DNA from: Bacteroidales bacterium UBA3743
GTDB taxonomy: Bacteria > Bacteroidota > Bacteroidia > Bacteroidales > Paludibacteraceae
Reading direction: 5' to 3'
Length of the DNA: 64,000 nucleotides
NCBI GenBank assembly: GCA_002371265.1
Contig: DFGT01000032.1
Span: 24,102 to 88,101, forward strand
The notes below the pieces were generated by a model. The model was given only the letters and a program-made list of their open reading frames with translations, had not been told where the DNA came from and made no database searches. The translations under genes and the position numbers were made by a program. The number at the start of each line of letters is the position of its first letter. Within the stretch, counting starts at the first letter, position 1. Below, piece by piece: positions 46,593 through 58,200 of this stretch.

Positions 46593-47447
46593 TTATTTTG
46601 AAAAATATTCTATTGTTCTGACAGTTATATAAAGAGGTTTGCCTCCCTCATACTCTGTGCATGTCAACCAATTCTTATGGTCATCGAATGTATATTCCCA
46701 TGTGTGAGGCACAAATGCCTCTCCTTCTCCGTCCACAGCCGTTTGCGAAATTGCGTTTCCATTCTCATCATAAAGGAAACTAACAACCATAGTCACATTG
46801 CCATCAGGCTCTTTCACTGTAAGTTTTTCAAGCAGACCAGCGGAATTGTATTTCTCCTCACGCCAATTTGCCAAATCGCCCTCACGACCATAAATCTTTG
46901 TCACAGACGGCAATCCTCGCTTCGACATGCTCTGTTCGATAGTCTGAAGCAATTCCCCTTTGAAATTGTAGTAACGAGTATAATTTAAATTATTCTCGTC
47001 ATCATACTCATAGTTCACACGTCCGGAAATACTCTCTTCGGCGTTATACTTTTCGATTCTGGCAAGTTTGTCATTTTTATAGAAGAAGACGGATTTGTCG
47101 ACGGGATTACCCTCAGCGTCATAATTCTTTTCACATACTTTCTGCCCCTGCTTGTTGTAGGCATACGTAATGCTTCCGACATCATCGCCCGCACTTGTGG
47201 TCAATCGCACAGTGTCAAAATATCCTGCCTTGTTGAAGATAATTTCACGGTCCCACTCTCCTTCTTCACGGAAAGCCTCGCCACGAGTCACCTCTCCAAA
47301 ACGCTCCTCCGCATAATACTTGAATTCGCTCAGTTTGTGTACATCGCCAGACATTCCCATATCCTCCACATCAGTAGTATGTTTCTCACCGCATGATGCA
47401 AAGCCTATCAGCAACGACGTCGCAATATAAATCAGATTTTTTTTCAT
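46593..47447 (-). CDS. Hypothetical lipoprotein with YD/RHS-like short repeats
   Basis: The start is trimmed to MKKNLIYIATSLLIGFASC (lipobox). It contains repeated segments of the form x-Y-x-Y-D/N-x-x-G-x (ITYAYNKQGQ, VNYEYDDENN, FLYDENGN). Confidence 0.6.
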   Translation of the reverse strand: MKKNLIYIATSLLIGFASCGEKHTTDVEDMGMSGDVHKLSEFKYYAEERFGEVTRGEAFREEGEWDREIIFNKAGYFDTVRLTTSAGDDVGSITYAYNKQGQKVCEKNYDAEGNPVDKSVFFYKNDKLARIEKYNAEESISGRVNYEYDDENNLNYTRYYNFKGELLQTIEQSMSKRGLPSVTKIYGREGDLANWREEKYNSAGLLEKLTVKEPDGNVTMVVSFLYDENGNAISQTAVDGEGEAFVPHTWEYTFDDHKNWLTCTEYEGGKPLYITVRTIEYFSK

Positions 47448-47454
47448 GTCATTT

Positions 47455-49656
47455 TTATTTCTTCTCCACAAGTGCAAAATCAAGCTGTTTCTTATCCAAG
47501 TCGGCGCGGGCGATCTTCACGACAACTTCGTCGCCAAGCTGGAATTTTTTGCCTTTTCTACGGCCTGTGATACAATAATTCTTTTCATCAAACACATAGT
47601 AGTCGTCATCAAGTTCACGGATTGGTATCATACCCTCACACTTGTTCTGCGTCAACTCGACATAGATACCCCACTCTGTCACACCTGAAATCACACCGTC
47701 GTAGATCTGTCCAAGACGCTCCTTCATATACTCCACTTGCTTGTACTTGATAGACGCACGCTCTGCATTGGCAGCAAGCTGCTCCATCTTTGAGCTATGG
47801 TCGCAAAGGTCGTCAAACAATAGTTTGTCGGCACTCTTCTCGCCTCTCGCATATCTGTCGAGCAGACGGTGCACCATCATATCCGGATAACGACGGATTG
47901 GCGAAGTGAAGTGAGTGTAATAGTCGAAAGATAGTCCGTAGTGGCCCACATTATCTGTAGAGTAGATAGCTTTTGCCATCGAACGGATTGTAATTGTCTC
48001 AATCAGATTCTGTTCTCTTGTGCCCTGCACCTTGTCGAGCAAGTTGTTGATTGAAGTCGAGACTTCTTTATTCTTGCCTGTCGTATTCAGTTTATATCCG
48101 AAGCGAGAGATGAACTGAGACAGATTGTTCAGTTTGTCAGGATCCGGATTGTCGTGGACACGGTAGACAAATGTTTTCGGATTCTTTTGTCCGCCGATAT
48201 GTTCAGCCACAGTCCTGTTGGCAAGAAGCATAAATTCCTCGATAAGTTTGTTGGCATCCTTGCTTTCCTTGAAAAAGACGTCGATAGGTTTACCATTTTC
48301 GTCAATTTCAAATCTCACCTCAGTACGCTCAAATGCGATAGCTCCGTTCTTGAATCTCTCCTCACGAAGTTTTTTAGCCAGTCTGTCGAGAGTAAGGATT
48401 TCTTCCTTCATGTCTCCCTCTTTAGTCTCTATCACGCTCTGTGCATCCTCGTATGTGAAGCGACGGTCGGACTTGATGACAGTGTGGACAATCTGATAGT
48501 TGATCACCTTGGCATTGTCATCCATTTCAAACATCACCGAATAACAAAGTTTTTCCTCATCAGGACGAAGAGAACAAACCTTATTACACAATCTTTCAGG
48601 AAGCATTGGTATAGTTCGGTCGACAAGGTAGACGCTGGTAGCACGGCTGACTGCCTCCTGCTCGATACAATCGTCGAGGTGGACATAGTGAGTGACATCG
48701 GCGATATGTACACCGACCTCCCAGTTGCCATTGTCCAGTTTGCGTACAGACAACGCGTCGTCGAAGTCTTTAGCGTCACGAGGGTCGATAGTGAACGTAG
48801 GGATATCACGGCAGTCAAGACGTTTTGCGATCTCTTCCGATGATATCTCATCTGGAATAGTGTCCGCATAAGCCTCCACCTCAGCAGGATAGCTATAAGG
48901 CAGACCAAATTCGACAAGTATGGCGTGCATCTCAGCATTGTTGTCGCCTGAACTACCGAGCACCACAGTCACCTCACCGACTGGATTTCTGCCCTTTTCG
49001 GCCCAATCGATAATTTTAACGATCGCCTTATCACCATCTTTCGCTCCATTCAGTTTGTCGATCGGCACAAAGATATCGTTGCCAAGTATACGGTTGTCGA
49101 CGAGCAAAAACGCATAATTCTCCTTCACATTCAGTTTTCCGACGAAAGTGTCACGTTCACGTTTCAGCACCTCCATGACCTCACCTTCCTGCTCTTTGCC
49201 CTGACGACGGGCAAACAGGCGTACCTTCACTGTGTCGCCGACAGCAGCCTTATTAAGGTTACGGTCGCTGATTATGATTTCATCCCCACCGTCTTCAGGC
49301 ACAAGAATTGCACCTCCACCGCGTTTGGCTGTGATGACACCGACAAGAGAACCCATACGAGGATTCAAACGGTATTTTCCGACAGGAGACTCAATAAGAT
49401 AACCCGTCGCAGCAAACTCCTGAAGCACATCTATGATCTGTTGGCGAGCTGTCATGCCGGAATATCCGAGAGTGGCAGCTACATCCTTGTAAGAGACGGG
49501 TTCGCCCTGATATTCGGCAAAATATCTAGATATATCATTCACTATCTCTTTCTTACGAACAGAGACGGCTGATTCATGCTTTCTATTTTTATTTTTCGGA
49601 CGCATAGCTTTTTTCCCGATGCTAAACGCCTTATTCGATTTTTTTCCTCTTTTCAT
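47455..49656 (-). CDS. rnr: Ribonuclease R
   Basis: It is 733 aa with a Lys-rich N-terminus, cold-shock-like domains, an RNB core (IDPRDAKDFDDALS) and a C-terminal S1 domain. Confidence 0.93.
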   Translation of the reverse strand: MKRGKKSNKAFSIGKKAMRPKNKNRKHESAVSVRKKEIVNDISRYFAEYQGEPVSYKDVAATLGYSGMTARQQIIDVLQEFAATGYLIESPVGKYRLNPRMGSLVGVITAKRGGGAILVPEDGGDEIIISDRNLNKAAVGDTVKVRLFARRQGKEQEGEVMEVLKRERDTFVGKLNVKENYAFLLVDNRILGNDIFVPIDKLNGAKDGDKAIVKIIDWAEKGRNPVGEVTVVLGSSGDNNAEMHAILVEFGLPYSYPAEVEAYADTIPDEISSEEIAKRLDCRDIPTFTIDPRDAKDFDDALSVRKLDNGNWEVGVHIADVTHYVHLDDCIEQEAVSRATSVYLVDRTIPMLPERLCNKVCSLRPDEEKLCYSVMFEMDDNAKVINYQIVHTVIKSDRRFTYEDAQSVIETKEGDMKEEILTLDRLAKKLREERFKNGAIAFERTEVRFEIDENGKPIDVFFKESKDANKLIEEFMLLANRTVAEHIGGQKNPKTFVYRVHDNPDPDKLNNLSQFISRFGYKLNTTGKNKEVSTSINNLLDKVQGTREQNLIETITIRSMAKAIYSTDNVGHYGLSFDYYTHFTSPIRRYPDMMVHRLLDRYARGEKSADKLLFDDLCDHSSKMEQLAANAERASIKYKQVEYMKERLGQIYDGVISGVTEWGIYVELTQNKCEGMIPIRELDDDYYVFDEKNYCITGRRKGKKFQLGDEVVVKIARADLDKKQLDFALVEKK

Positions 49657-49676
49657 AAATCATCAATTTTATATCT

Positions 49677-49684
49677 CAAAGATA
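49677..49684 (-). promoter_or_regulatory. Candidate -7 box TATCTTTG for rnr
   Basis: Plus-strand caaagata lies 21 nt upstream of the ATG at 49656. Confidence 0.4.
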
Positions 49685-49738
49685 AGAAATAAATCCAAAA
49701 GAAAACAATTCAATGATTACATATTTATATCCCGGCAC

Positions 49739-49771
49739 AAAAAAGAGGGACGAACAATTTGTCCGCCCCTC
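49739..49771 (-). terminator. Rho-independent terminator after the T9SS cargo gene
   Basis: The minus-strand RNA arm GAGGGGCGGAC pairs with GTTCGTCCCTC (two G-U pairs) and is followed by TTTTTTG. Confidence 0.6.
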
Positions 49772-49820
49772 GTGTGAGATATAATCTGTAAAGAAGTTCC
49801 TAAGAACAACTATACATAAA

Positions 49821-51563
49821 TTACTTCTTGATGATCTGACCTGTGATTACACCAGCCTCTGTGTTAGCCTTAACAACGTAGATACCCTTAACCAAGTTAG
49901 CAACGTTAACTACGTTAGACTCAGAAGAAGCAACCAAAGAACCAGCTACAGAGTAAACAGCCACGCTGTTAACACCTTCGTTAGCTACAGTGATAACATC
50001 AGTTGCAGGATTAGGATAGATAGAGATCTCACCCTTAGCAACAATGTTCTCTACATCAGACTTGAAAGCAACAGGAATCATAAATCCTGCGAAATCTGAA
50101 CCAAGTTCAATATCCTTTGTCGTTACAGGCCATGCGTTCTTATCTCCAGTCAAAGTCAAATCTGTGAACATATAAGAGATCACGTCATTTGAAACGAAAC
50201 GCAATGTGATGTAAGAATAATCCTTAGAAGGAAGTTCAACATCACCATAAACCATAGACATCATTGTAGGAATAGAATCTACATAATCAGTGCTATCCTT
50301 AGTGTATGTAGGTCTGAACTTAGCCCAATCTGTCTTTGAAGCAATCTTTGTTGCGTCACCACTCTCGAAACGGTACTCAACAGGGAAACGGATATCACTT
50401 GAACCTGCTTTGTAATCTGCATAAGGAGTCAAACCTCCAGACTCACCAGCATTGTGTCCTAGACGCATAGCAATAGAAATCTTCTTATCAACAGTACCTG
50501 TTCCCAATGGAATACGAATAATCGCATCTGCAACTATATCGTTTTTATCCACTCTCTTGTTATCAGGGATATTTGCAAGTACATATGGAAGGTATCCATA
50601 TTCTGAATCAAAGAATTCAGCACCACGCTGTTCTCCCTTCTTACAATACATACGGTCTGAAGCCAACCAGCTACCATAAGCATCATCAGATTCTGCTAGG
50701 AACAACTGATATCCATACATTTCTGTTGGCTTTGAAGGAAGTCTCTTCTTATATTCTTTCTGTTTCTTAACTTCTGCATCTCCACCATAAGTACCATAAA
50801 CATAGTTTGATACAGAACCAGCGTAAATTGTACCTTCTGAAGCCAAAGGAGCAAACTTATCAGCATAGAAAGGCTTTGTTCCGTCAGAAACGAACTTCAA
50901 ATTCTTGATGAAGCAAGATGTTTTCAACTTACTAGGTCCAAAGAATGAAATAAACATAGCCTTGACCTGGTTTGCATCTCCTCTATCTGCGATTGCCTTA
51001 GGAAGCAACAAAGAAGAATAAACATACTTTCTTACTTTTCTCAACTTACCAATACCTGGTTTTGTAAATACAGAGTCTCCGTCTACATAATCATAAAAGT
51101 CACGCATTGAACAGTCAATAGATACGTGAGAAATACGATACTCAGCCTGCTTATTGTTAGTCTTCCAACGAACAATTGTATCACTATCTATTGCCTGAGT
51201 AGTATCAGCCATCAAATCGAATGTTAAACCTTCACGATCCAAGCACTCTCCAGAAAACTCGATATCTTTGTTGAAGTAATACTCAACTTCAAGAATCCAA
51301 GTCTTATTCAAATCTATAGCCTCTGGCAAATAAATCAAACCAGAAGTATAAGTTTTTTCTGGTGCATTTATAACCTCTACCATTTCATCACCAGCATCAT
51401 TCTTAGATTCTTTAATGATTGTAGACTCGTTTTCTGGGTCCGAAGATGGAACGAACTCACAGTTCACCATCTTACCATCTTTAATAACGTAGGATTCTAT
51501 CTCCGCATTTGCTGAAGCTGCAAGAGCAAGAACGCTACTAGCTAGTAAAATTTTCTTTATCAT
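49821..51563 (-). CDS. Hypothetical secreted protein with T9SS C-terminal sorting domain
   Basis: It is 580 aa with a signal peptide. The C-terminus ISIYPNPATDVITVANEG...VKGIYVVKANTEAGVITGQIIKK is a type A Por/T9SS CTD pattern. Confidence 0.8.
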   Translation of the reverse strand: MIKKILLASSVLALAASANAEIESYVIKDGKMVNCEFVPSSDPENESTIIKESKNDAGDEMVEVINAPEKTYTSGLIYLPEAIDLNKTWILEVEYYFNKDIEFSGECLDREGLTFDLMADTTQAIDSDTIVRWKTNNKQAEYRISHVSIDCSMRDFYDYVDGDSVFTKPGIGKLRKVRKYVYSSLLLPKAIADRGDANQVKAMFISFFGPSKLKTSCFIKNLKFVSDGTKPFYADKFAPLASEGTIYAGSVSNYVYGTYGGDAEVKKQKEYKKRLPSKPTEMYGYQLFLAESDDAYGSWLASDRMYCKKGEQRGAEFFDSEYGYLPYVLANIPDNKRVDKNDIVADAIIRIPLGTGTVDKKISIAMRLGHNAGESGGLTPYADYKAGSSDIRFPVEYRFESGDATKIASKTDWAKFRPTYTKDSTDYVDSIPTMMSMVYGDVELPSKDYSYITLRFVSNDVISYMFTDLTLTGDKNAWPVTTKDIELGSDFAGFMIPVAFKSDVENIVAKGEISIYPNPATDVITVANEGVNSVAVYSVAGSLVASSESNVVNVANLVKGIYVVKANTEAGVITGQIIKK

Positions 51564-51739
51564 ACTCTTTTCTTTTAATTAATATTCCTAACTATAAAAC
51601 CTTATTCCGCATTTTTACATACGAAACGCCACAAAAATAGTCTTAAAAAAATAAATCAACAATTTTTCAGCATAAGAAAAATGAAGTATTAATACTTTTT
51701 TAACTTTTTCAAGACCGTTTTTATGCCATAAAACACATT

Positions 51740-53206
51740 TTACAGACTCCACTCAAATCCGTCCTTGGTATCTTTGACCTTAAAGCCAAGTCGAGCCAAC
51801 TCATCACGGATCTTATCACTTGTAGCCCAATCTTTGTTTGTCTTCGCCTGTTTTCTGATTTCCAAAAGCAAATCGACAGCACCTTTGTAAGCATCGTTCG
51901 CTGCTCCTGAATTTTCCTCTACTCTCATTCCAAGAATCTCAATCAGATACAAGTCGAACACCTCTTTCAACTCCTTCAAATCAGCCTCTGAGATTGTAGC
52001 CTTACCGTCTGCCACTGTATTAATGATACGTGTTGCGTCGTATAAATGAGAAATCACAATTGGAGTGTTCAAGTCGTCGAGCATTGCGTCCTCACAAAGC
52101 TGACGATAGTTTTTCATCTCCATTGATGTCTCTTTCGACGGTGTAAGCTTCTGCAGACGTGCATAGCTCTCACACAATCTTGCGAATCCCTTTTCTGCTG
52201 CGACCAAAGCTTCGTTACTGAAATCTACAGTGCTGCGATAATGTGCCTGAAGAATGAAGAAACGGATTGTCATAGGTGCGTATGCCTGAGTAAGCAGTTT
52301 GTGGTTTCCTGTGAAAAACTCATCCAACGTGATGAAGTTTCCAAGAGACTTACCCATCTTCTGACCGTTGATAGTGATCATATTATTATGCATCCAATAA
52401 TGCACCGTCTCCTTGCCAAGGGCTGCTGTGCTCTGTGCGATCTCACACTCATGGTGTGGGAAAATCAAGTCCATTCCGCCTCCATGAATATCAAACTCTT
52501 CGCCAAGATACTTAGTTCCCATTGCCGAGCACTCCATGTGCCAACCAGGGAAACCGTCGCTCCATGGTGACGGCCAACGCATGATATGCTCTGGCTGAGC
52601 CTTCTTCCACAACGCGAAATCTAGAGCGCAATGTTTTTCACTCTGACCATCAAGCTCACGTGTTGTCTCCAACAAGTCCTCGATATTTCTACCAGACAAT
52701 TTACCGTAGCGATGGTCTTTGTTGTATTTCTTAACGTCGAAATAGATAGAGCCCTCACTCTCGTAAGCATAACCTGCGTCAAGAATCTTCTTGACGAAAT
52801 CAATCTGCTCAATAATATGGCCCGACGCGTGAGGCTCTATGCTTGGTGGCAATACGCCAAGCTTTTCCATTGCAGAATGGTAACGGTTAAGGTAATATTG
52901 CACTACCTCCATTGGCTCCTTCTGCTCAAGACGCGCTTTCTTAGCAATTTTATCTTCTCCCTCATCTGCATCATGCTCCAAATGTCCCACATCTGTGATA
53001 TTGCGAACATAACGAACCTTATAGCCAAGGTGAGTCAAAAATCTGAACAAGATATCAAATGTGATAGCCGGACGTGCATGTCCAAGATGACCGTCACCAT
53101 AGACAGTCGGACCGCACACGTACATTCCAACGTATGGCTCTTTCAACGGTTTGAATATCTGTTTAGTACGTGTTAATGTATTATATATTAATAATTTGTG
53201 TTCCAT
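51740..53206 (-). CDS. cysS: Cysteine--tRNA ligase
   Basis: It is 488 aa with a HIGH-type motif (GHLGHARP) and KMGKS (KMSKS). Confidence 0.95.
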   Translation of the reverse strand: MEHKLLIYNTLTRTKQIFKPLKEPYVGMYVCGPTVYGDGHLGHARPAITFDILFRFLTHLGYKVRYVRNITDVGHLEHDADEGEDKIAKKARLEQKEPMEVVQYYLNRYHSAMEKLGVLPPSIEPHASGHIIEQIDFVKKILDAGYAYESEGSIYFDVKKYNKDHRYGKLSGRNIEDLLETTRELDGQSEKHCALDFALWKKAQPEHIMRWPSPWSDGFPGWHMECSAMGTKYLGEEFDIHGGGMDLIFPHHECEIAQSTAALGKETVHYWMHNNMITINGQKMGKSLGNFITLDEFFTGNHKLLTQAYAPMTIRFFILQAHYRSTVDFSNEALVAAEKGFARLCESYARLQKLTPSKETSMEMKNYRQLCEDAMLDDLNTPIVISHLYDATRIINTVADGKATISEADLKELKEVFDLYLIEILGMRVEENSGAANDAYKGAVDLLLEIRKQAKTNKDWATSDKIRDELARLGFKVKDTKDGFEWSL

Positions 53207-53209
53207 ATA

Positions 53210-53668
53210 TTATAATGAAATTGGCACTTCTCTTTTAATACTCATATCCAAAGAAATCAAAGTTTCAGTCGACATTACGCCCTTGATACTCTGGATTTTT
53301 CCATTTAGAAGATCCATAAGATCCTCATTGTCTTTCGCATAAAGTTTAACCATCATTGTGTATGGTCCTGTTGTAAAGTGACACTCTACAACCTCAGGGA
53401 TTTTCTCCAATTCAGGCACAACAGTAGCATACATAGATCCCTTTTCAAGCTTGATACCGATGTAGGTACAAGTCTGGTAGCCCAAAGTTTTTGGGTTGAC
53501 GTGATAGCCCGATCCAACGATCACACCTGTGTCAATAAGACGCTGCACACGTTGGTGGATAGCAGCTCTCGAAACCTCACAATCCTCAGCAATATCCTTA
53601 AACGGGATTCTGGCATTCTTAGTGATTATGTTAAGAATTTGTCTGTCTAAGTCGTCGATTTTTTCCAT
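53210..53668 (-). CDS. Lrp/AsnC family transcriptional regulator
   Basis: It is 152 aa with an N-terminal wHTH (LDRQILNIITKNARIPFKDIAEDCEVSRAAIHQRV) and an ACT-like RAM domain. Confidence 0.88.
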   Translation of the reverse strand: MEKIDDLDRQILNIITKNARIPFKDIAEDCEVSRAAIHQRVQRLIDTGVIVGSGYHVNPKTLGYQTCTYIGIKLEKGSMYATVVPELEKIPEVVECHFTTGPYTMMVKLYAKDNEDLMDLLNGKIQSIKGVMSTETLISLDMSIKREVPISL

Positions 53669-53693
53669 CTTTCAACTTTTTTATTCTTTTTTA

Positions 53694-53701
53694 CAAATTT
53701 A
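53694..53701 (-). promoter_or_regulatory. Candidate -7 box TAAATTTG for the lrp-cysS pair
   Basis: Plus-strand caaattta lies 26 nt upstream of the ATG at 53668. Confidence 0.4.
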
Positions 53702-53764
53702 GTTCAAAAATAGATTTTTTCTTTCACTTTTTTCCAAAAATGCCGATTTTTTTCTCAAAAAGAC

Positions 53765-53795
53765 AAAAAAAAGCGTTGTTCATACGAACAACGCT
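53765..53795 (-). terminator. Rho-independent terminator after rplI
   Basis: AGCGTTGTTC (53772-53781) pairs with GAACAACGCT (53786-53795). On the minus strand it is followed by TTTTTTTT. Confidence 0.75.
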
Positions 53796-53818
53796 TTATA
53801 TTTATCAATTGCAAATGA

Positions 53819-54265
53819 TTATTCAGCAACAACACTGAACTTAACCTCTGCAGAAACCTCCTTGTGAAGACGAGCAACAGCAACGTACTCACCAAGAGAC
53901 TTAACAGACTCCTTAACAGAGATGATCTTTCTGTCTACATTGTATCCAGCTTTCTCAAGAGCATCTGCAATCTGAATGTTAGTTACTGAACCGTAGATAG
54001 CTCCAGTCTCTTTATTAGCCTTAGTTGGGATAGTAAGTGAAACTGCGTTCAACTTAGCTGCCAATTCCTCAGCATCAGCCTTGATCTTAGCAAGCTTGTG
54101 AGCTCTCTGCTTCAAGTTCTCAGCCAATACCTTCTTTGCAGAAGGAGTAGCAACGATAGCCTTTCCCTGAGGAATAAGGTAGTTAAGACCGTATCCGTTC
54201 TTTACCTTCACAACGTCATCCTTGTAACCAAGATTAGCAACGTCTTCTAGCAATATAATTTCCAT
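53819..54265 (-). CDS. rplI: 50S ribosomal protein L9
   Basis: It is 148 aa starting MEIILLEDVANLGYKDDVVKVKNGYGLNYLIPQGKA. Confidence 0.95.
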   Translation of the reverse strand: MEIILLEDVANLGYKDDVVKVKNGYGLNYLIPQGKAIVATPSAKKVLAENLKQRAHKLAKIKADAEELAAKLNAVSLTIPTKANKETGAIYGSVTNIQIADALEKAGYNVDRKIISVKESVKSLGEYVAVARLHKEVSAEVKFSVVAE

Positions 54266-54283
54266 TGTTATTCCTCCTGTTTA

Positions 54284-54553
54284 TTACTTCAACAAATCTG
54301 TTACGTATGGTAGCAATGCAAGGTGACGTGCACGCTTAACAGCCTGAGCAACCTTACGCTGGAACTTCAAAGATGTACCAGTTAGACGGCGAGGCAAAAT
54401 CTTACCCTGCTCGTTAAGGAACTTCTTCAAAAATTCAGGATCCTTGTAGTCGATATACTTGATACCGTTCTTCTTGAAACGACAGTACTTCTTTCTCTTA
54501 ACGTCTACTGTAGGAGGCGTCAAATATCTGATTTCTGATGCGTTCTGTGCCAT
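54284..54553 (-). CDS. rpsR: 30S ribosomal protein S18
   Basis: It is 89 aa with KKYCRF...IDYKD...[18 protein letters not shown]. Confidence 0.95.
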   Translation of the reverse strand: MAQNASEIRYLTPPTVDVKRKKYCRFKKNGIKYIDYKDPEFLKKFLNEQGKILPRRLTGTSLKFQRKVAQAVKRARHLALLPYVTDLLK

Positions 54554-54556
54554 GTC

Positions 54557-54898
54557 TTAGTTCTCCTTATTTTTGCCGTTCTTTCTCTTTACAGCATATT
54601 CAACTGCATACTTGTCCAACTTAGTAGTCAAGAAACGAAGCACCTTCTCGTCACGACGGAACTGAAGCTCCAATTTCTCTACCATTGTAGGCTCTGCCTC
54701 AAACTCGAACAAGCAGTAAAAGCCTGAGCTCTTCTTGTCGATTGAATAAGCAAGCTTACGCATACCCCAAAGCTCCTCATTAACGATCTTTGATCCTTCG
54801 TTAACAAGTACGCTCTTGAATTTTTCTGCCGTTTCCTTCATCTGTTCGTCAGACAAAACGGGAGTTAAGATGAAAACGACCTCGTAATGATTCAACAT
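54557..54898 (-). CDS. rpsF: 30S ribosomal protein S6
   Basis: It is 113 aa with [13 protein letters not shown]...WGMRKLAY. Confidence 0.93.
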   Translation of the reverse strand: MLNHYEVVFILTPVLSDEQMKETAEKFKSVLVNEGSKIVNEELWGMRKLAYSIDKKSSGFYCLFEFEAEPTMVEKLELQFRRDEKVLRFLTTKLDKYAVEYAVKRKNGKNKEN

Positions 54899-54943
54899 AA
54901 CTTGTTTATTAATTAATTAAAATAATTTGCTCTAAAAGCGGTG

Positions 54944-54951
54944 CAAAAGTA
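54944..54951 (-). promoter_or_regulatory. Candidate -7 box TACTTTTG for rpsF-rpsR-rplI
   Basis: Plus-strand caaaagta lies 46 nt upstream of the ATG at 54898. Confidence 0.45.
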
Positions 54952-55092
54952 GGAATAATTTTTCTTCTATCCAAACATTCATTCAAAATTCGGAAAATTG
55001 TTGATAAATTACCATAACGTTGTCGATCTCTTTTGCATTTATTTTACAGAACTCCTCTGAAAACTTATATTCTCTGTTTTTTTGTTTTATAT

Positions 55093-55150
55093 GCGCTCGC
55101 CTTCGGCTCGCAAGTGGGAAGGGTGAAGGACGTCCCGTCCTTTGGAATCC
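55093..55150. repeat. Second copy of the ctcgcc...hairpin module
   Basis: gcgctcgccttcggctcgcaagtgggaagggtgaaggacgtcccgtcctttggaatcctca aligns with 44388-44449. The hairpin AAGGACG/CGTCCTT lies at 55126-55142. Confidence 0.7.
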
Positions 55151-55195
55151 TCATTTATGACACTTCAACCTTCATTTTAATCCTACCAAATATTC

Positions 55196-55230
55196 AAAAA
55201 AAAATGGAGACGCTAATCTTCACGTCTCCA
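55196..55230 (-). terminator. Rho-independent terminator after the carA-carB fusion gene
   Basis: TGGAGACG (55205-55212) pairs with CGTCTCCA (55223-55230). On the minus strand it is followed by TTTTTTTTT. Confidence 0.7.
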
Positions 55231-55264
55231 TTCTTCATTATGCATTTTGCATTTTTAATTCATA

Positions 55265-58200
55265 TTAATACTCGTCCCAGCTCTTGATCTTAATGTCCTC
55301 AAACTTAAGTTCGCAAACCGAACGGATGAATGCACTTGCTAGACGGGCATTGGTAATCAACGGTATGTTGAAGTCGATAGCTCCACGACGTATCGCATAT
55401 CCGTTCTTTATCTCTCGCTCCGTATTGTTCTTTGGTATGTTGATCACCAAATCAAACTCTTTGTTATGGATCATCTCCATGACATTTTTCTTTGCATTTG
55501 GTTCATCCGGCCAACCTACTGGAGTAGACTTGATTCCGTTCTCATCCAAGAACTTGTATGTTCCATATGTGGCGTAGATATCAAAACCGTTTTTCTGAAG
55601 CATCTTGCAGGCGTCAAGCAAATCTACTTTCGATTTTGCCTCTCCTGACGAAATCATCACGTTCTTCTTTGGAATCTTGTAGCCTACCGACAACAACGAC
55701 TTCAACAATGCCTCCGACAAATCATCGCCTATACATCCTACCTCTCCTGTCGAACTCATATCCACTCCATGCACCGGATCTGCTTGCGTCAGACGGGCAT
55801 AAGAGAACTGCGATGCCTTAACTCCTACATAATCAAGGTCGAACGCACTCTTCTCTGGCTTCTCCACTTTCTGGCCCAACATAATCCTTGTGGCAAGCTC
55901 AATAAAGTTGATCTTCAACACTTTGCTGACAAATGGGAAGCTTCGTGACGAACGCAAATTACACTCAATAACCTTGATTTCATTGTTCTTTGCCAAGAAC
56001 TGGATGTTGAATGGTCCGGAAATATGAAGTGCGGCTGCAATCTTTCGCGCGATCGCTTTGATTCTGCGAACTGTCTCAACATATATCTTTTGTGGTGGGA
56101 ACTGTGTCGTCGCATCTCCTGAGTGAACTCCGGCAAACTCGATATGCTCACTGATTGCGTAAACAACAATCTCACCGTTCTGTGCTACCGCATCTATCTC
56201 GATTTCCTTACATCTCTCCATAAACTCAGAGATGACAACAGGATGTTTCTTTGATACGTTGGCTGCCAACTTCAAGAAATTCTCAAGCTGCGACTTGTCG
56301 TAGCAGACGTTCATTGCGGCTCCAGACAACACGTATGATGGGCGAACCAACACTGGGAAACCGACCTCATCAACAAATCCATAGATATCTTCAAGACTTG
56401 TCAACTCACTCCAACGTGGCTGGTCGATTCCTAGTTCATCACACATAGACGAGAACTTCTGTCTGTCCTCAGCACGGTCGATGTCAACAGCCTGTGTGCC
56501 AAGCAATGTGACTCCAGCGTCTGACAACTTGACCGCAAGATTGTTTGGAATCTGTCCTCCCGTCGACACGATTACTCCCTTTGGATTCTCCATCTCTATG
56601 ATATCCATCACACGCTCAAAACTCAACTCGTCAAAGTAAAGTCTGTCACACATATCATAGTCAGTCGAAACTGTCTCTGGATTGTAGTTGATCATGACTG
56701 AGCGAAGTCCTTCCTTGCGGATCGTGTTCAACGCATTTACTCCACACCAGTCAAACTCTACAGATGATCCGATACGGTAGGCTCCTGATCCAAGCACAAC
56801 AACCGATTTGTGGTCGCCGACATACTTGACATCATTTGCCGATCCTGAATATGTGACATATAGATAGTTGGTCTGTGCTGGATACTCAGCAGCAAGTGTG
56901 TCTATCTGCTTGACTACTGGCACAATGCCTCTGCTCTTTCTGTGTGCACGGACATTCAAAACCTCTTTTTCAATCACATCGTTGCTACACTTTGTAACAA
57001 GACGAGCGATCTGGAAGTCGGAGAATCCCAACTGTTTTGCACGAAGAAGAATTCCGTCAGGCAACACCTTCAATGAATTGAATCCTGCAAGGTCTTTCTC
57101 CTGTCTGATTATATTTTCTAGTTTTTGCAAGAACCACAAATCAATCTTTGTCAACTCGTGTATTCTTTCTATCGAATATCCTTCGTGAAGAGCCTGAGCA
57201 ATATAAAAAATACGCTTGTCTGTTGGCTGTGAAAGTGCCGAATCCAAATCGTCTGACATCAGATCTTTGTTTGCGACAAATCCGTGCATGCCCTGTCCGA
57301 TCATACGTAGACCCTTCTGGATGCTCTCCTCGAATGTGCGTCCGATCGCCATAATCTCACCTACCGACTTCATTGAAGATCCAAGCAGACGGCTGACTCC
57401 ATGGAATTTACCAAGATCCCAACGTGGAATCTTACATACTATATAGTCGAGTGCAGGCTCAAAGAATGCTGAAGTCTCCTTAGTCACAGAGTTTTTAAGC
57501 TCTGGCAAAGCATAGCCCATACCAAGTTTTGCAGCGACAAAAGCAAGAGGATATCCCGTCGCCTTTGAAGCCAACGCAGAAGATCTTGAAAGACGGGCGT
57601 TAACCTCGATCACTCTATAATCTTCACTCTGTGGGTCGTAAGCGTACTGCACATTACACTCACCGACAATTCCGATATGGCGGATAATGCGGATTGCAGT
57701 CTCACGAAGTTTATGATAATCTTTATTTGAAAGTGTCTGCGACGGTGCGACTACGATACTCTCTCCTGTGTGGATGCCAAGTGGGTCGAAGTTTTCCATA
57801 TTACATACTGTAATACAGTTGTCGTACTTATCGCGCACTACCTCATACTCTACCTCTTTCCATCCCTTCAACGACTTCTCCACCAAAACCTGTGGTGAGT
57901 AAGAGAATGCCTTCTCCACAAGTATTCTCAACTCTTCGTCGTTGTTGCAGAATCCAGAACCAAGTCCACCTAGTGCGTAAGCAGCGCGCACGATCACTGG
58001 GTAACCAAGTTCGTTTGCGGCCTTCAATGCGTGGTCGATATCTGTAACTGCCTCACTCTTAATATAGTTGACGTTGATTTCTGCCAACTTTGAGTTGAAT
58101 ATCTCACGGTCTTCGGTATCGATGATTGCCTGGACAGGTGTTCCAAGCACCTCTATATTATATTTCTCAAGGATGCCTCCCTTATATAGAGCCACTCCAC